A stretch of 64,000 bases of DNA, taken from an uncultured Clostridia bacterium. GTDB taxonomy: Bacteria; Bacillota; Clostridia; Christensenellales; CAG-917. The position numbers and the translations under genes were made by a program. The stretch is taken from assembly GCA_963542015.1 (NCBI GenBank), contig CAUTUX010000004.1, positions 5,497 to 69,496 of the forward strand, in the 5' to 3' direction. Position 1 is the first letter of the stretch; each line of letters opens with the position of its first letter. Below are positions 61,641 through 64,000 of the stretch, one piece after another. The notes under the pieces are model-generated. The model was not told the DNA's origin. It worked only from the letters and a program-made list of their open reading frames with translations, and ran no database searches.

Positions 61641-62789
61641 TTATTGATTATTTATTTCTTTAGTAATTTTTTTAGCTATATTCTCCCCTATTCTTCTGTT
61701 AACTTTAATTTCATAATATTTAATTTTATTAAACTCATCTTCCTTTATAAGAGACATTCCATTTTCTTTAACAAGCTTCTCAATAAGACCAGGAGTGCAA
61801 TAATAGATGTCTGTATTGCGGACATCAAAGTTGCGAGTTCTATAGAAGCGTTTTTCCCCAAATAATGTTGCTGGTTCTTTAGTTATATATTTAGTAAGGT
61901 AGTTTACAATTTTCTTTTGTCTTACATTAGGTTCAATACAAACAACAGTATTAAAACCTCTATCCCATTCCTGGCAATTAAATATCTGATTGTTAAATAC
62001 CGTATAAAGGAACTTTCCATAATCCTTGCTTTTGCTGTTACTATTTCTTGCTGGTTTTAATAAAAGGTCAATATCAGCAATTAATGCATGCAGATGGAAT
62101 CCGCCTTTTTCATGCTCCTCTACTACCGATAATACTTTTACATCCTTATTTATCTTTTGTAGCTCCATCAGAAAATAACGCCATTGTTGTTTTATTGCGT
62201 TTCTATCCATCCTTATAGCTTCATCCTTAAAAGTGAAAGTGCAGAAATATTCCCAGTTGTAGTTCAGAGCGTAATCGTAAAAATTCTTTTTAGCTCTAAC
62301 ATCACCTAAACGAACTGACTTTATCAATTGAGCTAAAGTTGCATTATCATTTATTTTCTCAATCATCTCAGTTTCTTTATTTAGCTTAAAGTTTCTTCCA
62401 GTACTCCGCTCTTGCCAATAAGCATTATCATGAGACATTGCTGAAGTAATCATATCTGACTCATCAGAACAGTTTGCCAGGTCTACTTTTGGCGTTAAAA
62501 ATCCTTCTTCAAAAAAAGCTAATTCAATTTCATTAGTAACATCTGAATACTTAACAATCGTGTTTTTTAATGTTCGATCGACTTTTTTAAAAACTTCATT
62601 TTTATCTTTATAAACTTTGCTATATTTATCTTTTTGAAAAATATCAAATAGACTTCCTTGCATTCCAGACTTTTCATATATCTTAAAGTCTTTTTGATAT
62701 TGCTTATTTATGGGATCTTTAAAAAACTCATCTACTTGCTCTTTATTTAAATTTCCTTTAATTAAATCTTCAAATATTACTTCTTTCAT
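61641..62789 (-). CDS. rep: rolling-circle replication initiator (HUH endonuclease Rep)
   Basis: Motif 1 is FCTFTF, motif 2 (HUH) is GGFHLHALI, and motif 3 is NYLTKYITKE with a Y-x-x-x-Y pair. A strong SD AAGGAG precedes the ATG. Confidence 0.8.
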   Translation of the reverse strand: MKEVIFEDLIKGNLNKEQVDEFFKDPINKQYQKDFKIYEKSGMQGSLFDIFQKDKYSKVYKDKNEVFKKVDRTLKNTIVKYSDVTNEIELAFFEEGFLTPKVDLANCSDESDMITSAMSHDNAYWQERSTGRNFKLNKETEMIEKINDNATLAQLIKSVRLGDVRAKKNFYDYALNYNWEYFCTFTFKDEAIRMDRNAIKQQWRYFLMELQKINKDVKVLSVVEEHEKGGFHLHALIADIDLLLKPARNSNSKSKDYGKFLYTVFNNQIFNCQEWDRGFNTVVCIEPNVRQKKIVNYLTKYITKEPATLFGEKRFYRTRNFDVRNTDIYYCTPGLIEKLVKENGMSLIKEDEFNKIKYYEIKVNRRIGENIAKKITKEINNQ

Positions 62790-62829
62790 TTTTCACTCCT
62801 TTTTCTTTGAAAGACAATAAAAATAAATA

Positions 62830-62845
62830 TGTAAGAATTCTTACA
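62830..62845. repeat. perfect 16-bp palindrome TGTAAGAATTCTTACA between the nick-site hairpin and rep
   Basis: Read directly from the sequence. It lies 41 nt upstream of the rep ATG, a position suited to an operator or Rep-binding site. Confidence 0.5.
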
Positions 62846-62872
62846 CTTTTTTTAAGGTGTTTTTGCAATAGT

Positions 62873-62897
62873 GCTACCATTATCAAGTAATGGTAGC
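62873..62897 (-). other. candidate double-strand origin (dso) nick-site hairpin
   Basis: The minus strand reads GCTACCATT-ACTTGAT-AATGGTAGC, a 9-bp perfect stem. CTTGATA (62887-62881) sits in or at the edge of the loop, on the same strand as the rep sense strand and 84 nt upstream of rep. CTTG/ATA is the nick core of the pC194/pUB110 family and the phiX174 origin. Confidence 0.55.
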
Positions 62898-62970
62898 TTT
62901 AACTATCCTGATGAATTAATACTGACAACCGTTTCGCATTGCTTCATACTAGTTCCCTCCTTCATATATA

Positions 62971-63200
62971 TTCCTGCGTGCGTTGCACGCCTAAGGGTCG
63001 AGCATGCCTCGGCGTTCGCCTCTGGGCATGCTCTTCCTAATTTACGGCTTGCTGCCTCATCGCCGGCGTGGCTAGGGGTCATGCGATCCCTAGCCACCTT
63101 GGTACGACTTTCTGGATCTCTACCAGCTGTCAAGGCGTGAACATAAACGCTAAAGCATTTATCCTTCCCGCCAGCAAAGCTGGAACCTTGACAGCCGTCT
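62971..63200 (-). other. GC-rich multi-hairpin element: candidate single-strand origin (sso) or novel structured RNA
   Basis: A hand count gives 130/230 = 56% GC, against 15/60 = 25% for 62701-62760 inside rep. There are six perfect stems: 63186-63195/63126-63135 (10 bp); 63171-63175/63179-63183 (5 bp); 63143-63150/63155-63162 (8 bp); 63068-63077/63088-63097 (10 bp); 63000-63008/63025-63033 (9 bp); 62976-62981/62985-62990 (6 bp). Confidence 0.5.
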
Positions 63201-63231
63201 GTTTCTTTTATCAATTCCTTCATCGTTATTT

Positions 63232-64000
63232 TCATCTCTTGTCCTCTATATGGTTATATTTAGAGAGGTCACGGATAAAATAACTGTTCTGAGCTTGTAG
63301 CTCCGCTATGGTTGCTCGTGTTGACTCATAGGTAGGTACATCTCCTATTCCTACCTCTTCGCTTCGTGATGCGTCAAAAAACGCTTGATATGCATCTGTC
63401 TTAAATCTGTCTGAATATATCTTCTTTAACATTAGGTAATATTTATGCTCTGTTTTTTCATCCAGCATCCCGTGAGAGACTTCTAAGCGACATTTATATA
63501 GCCCGTATTTATTCAAAATCCGTTCGTTAATTCCATAGATCCAGGATATAAACTTCCTGGCTAAATAATATTTAAGAGAATCATTAGAACGATAAAAAAT
63601 ACGATCAAGGTTATATCGATCAAATAAATTAATACTCCATTCTATAAATACACGCTCAAAATATAACGGGAACACGCATTTATATTCATCACTCTTAATT
63701 ATGCTGATTATGTCAAACAACTCCCGCATATCTGCCTCTAAGGATTCTGGGCGTTGTTCATCTACTAATATCTTGCTATATGGATAGTGATTAATCGTGC
63801 TGGTATGTCTGATTAGCTTTATAAATGCGTTAAAATAATCATTCTTTTGATTAGGTTCATCATCTGTTCTCTTCATCCCTTGCGTTGTTATCTGATTGCC
63901 TCTCTCTTTACCAATCTCTGTTATTGCGAAAAACCCAAAATCAAACACATTTGATAACTGATTGTCTTCTATTATTTTTTTACCTAATCTCAAAAAATCA
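63232..64000 (-). CDS. hypothetical protein, N-terminus probably beyond the window
   Basis: The frame is open to the window edge (in-frame codons precede the TTG at 63993). I recognise no family. Its stop overlaps the next ATG (ATGA at 63235-63232). Confidence 0.5.
   Translation of the reverse strand, partial: DFLRLGKKIIEDNQLSNVFDFGFFAITEIGKERGNQITTQGMKRTDDEPNQKNDYFNAFIKLIRHTSTINHYPYSKILVDEQRPESLEADMRELFDIISIIKSDEYKCVFPLYFERVFIEWSINLFDRYNLDRIFYRSNDSLKYYLARKFISWIYGINERILNKYGLYKCRLEVSHGMLDEKTEHKYYLMLKKIYSDRFKTDAYQAFFDASRSEEVGIGDVPTYESTRATIAELQAQNSYFIRDLSKYNHIEDKR

Larger units (their letters stand above)
59215..64000. mobile_element. putative accessory island / integrated rolling-circle replicon downstream of tRNA-Thr (far end beyond the window)
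   Basis: Past the tRNA the content switches from core genes to an ORF-free repeat region, an orphan AbiEi-like gene, and a Rep gene with a nick-site hairpin and a GC-rich structured element. No integrase or flanking direct repeat is visible in the window. Confidence 0.4.

Noticed and set aside
63000-63033. The 34-nt hairpin starting GAGC (an AGC triad, the same length as group II intron domain V).
   Set aside because: The upper helix and loop do not fit domain V: CAGA/GA internal loop and a GAAC loop, with no GNRA tetraloop and no 2-nt bulge geometry. There is also no reverse transcriptase ORF, and far too little flanking structured sequence for domains I-IV.
62971-63200. The GC-rich element as a housekeeping RNA (tmRNA, RNase P RNA, SRP/4.5S RNA, 6S RNA) or an rRNA fragment.
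   Set aside because: I could not find the diagnostic strings: a tRNA-like GGGG...TTCGA...CCACCA end for tmRNA, GAGGAAAGTCC for RNase P, or the SRP domain IV motif. The location next to a Rep gene argues for an element-specific function. This was judged by eye only and cmsearch should confirm it.
62871-63283. Plus-strand ORFs 62871-63140 (89 aa) and 63068-63283 (71 aa).
   Set aside because: They exist only because the GC-rich segment lacks stop codons on both strands. They overlap each other and the minus-strand ORF, they have no SD, and the first begins inside the dso hairpin.

Overview
This is an AT-rich bacterial chromosome segment (about 30% GC by eye, not computed) with Firmicutes/Mollicutes-like gene content. 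It reads with the standard code: TGA is a genuine stop that ends rimM, trmD, rnhB, hemW, trmK and others, often in ATGA/TTGA start-stop overlaps.

Positions 1-59.1 kb are almost entirely core housekeeping genes, mostly on the + strand. They include an acyl-CoA ligase, tmcAL, pta-ackA, rpmF-plsX-rnc-smc-ftsY-ylxM-ffh-rpsP-KH-rimM-trmD-rbgA-rnhB-rplS, lepA-hemW, prs, rho, ppdK, dnaG-rpoD-trmK-nif3, thrS, nadK-argR-recN, eno, tRNA-Ser and tRNA-Thr.

Four items in the core are not routine:
- A 933-aa BspA-type LRR surface protein has a consensus promoter (TTGACA-17-TACAAT) whose spacer contains a G9 run. This is a candidate phase-variation switch.
- A preQ1-I riboswitch sits directly upstream of queT and overlaps its SD.
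- A GH2 beta-galactosidase is interrupted by one in-frame TGA at a conserved Gly position.
- Several wHTH-like proteins are membrane-tethered.

The segment from tRNA-Thr (59139) to the window end looks accessory. It contains:
- a 660-bp ORF-free stretch carrying a repeated 13-15 bp motif
- an orphan AbiEi-like gene
- corA with a structured leader
- an HUH rolling-circle Rep gene
- 84 nt upstream of rep, a hairpin whose loop carries CTTGATA, the pC194/phiX174-type nick core
- upstream of that, a 230-nt island of 56% GC made of at least six perfect stem-loops

The GC-rich island is the most unusual signal in the window. My best interpretation is a single-strand origin (sso) or an undescribed structured RNA belonging to an integrated rolling-circle replicon. 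I cannot assign it to a known family from sequence alone. No CRISPR array, rRNA or recognisable transposase was seen.
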